Part shown: positions 63,468 to 64,000 of the stretch, piece after piece
Position numbering within the stretch: the stretch's first letter is position 1
Layout of the letters: each line of letters begins with the position of its first letter
Source: Eledone cirrhosa
Lineage: Eukaryota
Length of the DNA stretch: 64,000 bases
Reading direction: 5' to 3'
NCBI GenBank assembly: GCA_964016885.1
Contig: OZ024753.1
Location: forward strand, 19,654,001 to 19,718,000
The notes under the pieces: generated by a model
Seen by the model: the letters and a program-made list of their open reading frames with translations, nothing else
Databases searched by the model: none
What the model was told of the DNA's origin: nothing
Made by a program: the position numbers and the translations under genes

Positions 63468-63469
<2 letters not shown>
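63076..63469. mobile_element. Two adjacent family A fold-backs (63076-63254 and 63276-63469), one from each subfamily
   Basis: Both have the TTC|AGTCC junction; separated by (TA)n. Confidence 0.85.
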
Positions 63470-63557
<88 letters not shown>

Positions 63558-64000
63558 TATATATATATACATTTATATATATGTAAATATATATGTATGT
63601 GTGTGTGTGAGTGTGTGTTTGTGTGTGTGTACGAGTGTATAACTATGGATGTCATGTTTATGTATGGGAGGTAATCATTAATATCATAACATTTATTATA
63701 ATTATTTGTTTTCTGTTTCATTAGTTTTACGCTATTTCGATCTTCTTTCAGGATTACACTTTAATTTCTTTGTGCTTCTATTGATTTTAATGTCAACTAC
63801 TTCGATGAATTATTTGGTGGATGCATAAAGAAGGTGAGTTATATTATTTACATTTCATACAAGCTGATGTTCTTCTCTAATTTTATTGCACCATTAAAAT
63901 GCTTAATTAGTAGTCAATCTGGTATATATTTGAAATTATGTAATGTATTTTCTGGTTACTTCTTTAATGTAGTCGATCGTTTGGCGACAGTTTTAGTATG

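Overview
Eukaryotic, very AT-rich, repeat-dominated DNA with no recognisable intact host gene. The SINE family and microsatellite load resemble an octopod cephalopod genome (inference, not confirmed by search). Most ORFs in the track are translations of (TA)n, (CA)n or (GA)n tracts. The real content is: (i) decayed Penelope-like retroelements (PLEs) of at least three lineages (Naiad-like, Neptune-like and a third GIY-YIG type); (ii) dozens of short PLE-terminus-like insertions from more than 10 unrelated sequence families, nearly all in (TA)n. Many are head-to-head fold-backs with one short and one long, family-specific 3' end, and most families carry a hand-foldable minimal hammerhead ribozyme or a core variant (U3-A8, CAGAAGA, ~100-nt stem II); (iii) a 12-copy hammerhead-less family whose copies share a near-exact 5' boundary next to a conserved hairpin, a candidate unknown RNA-processing element; (iv) an indel-free 31 x 76-bp tandem array with AP-1, GATA and E-box motifs in each unit; (v) tRNA-derived SINEs, Tx1-, RTE- and CRE-like LINE fragments and several MITEs. 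All structures and alignments were done by eye, so element boundaries are approximate.
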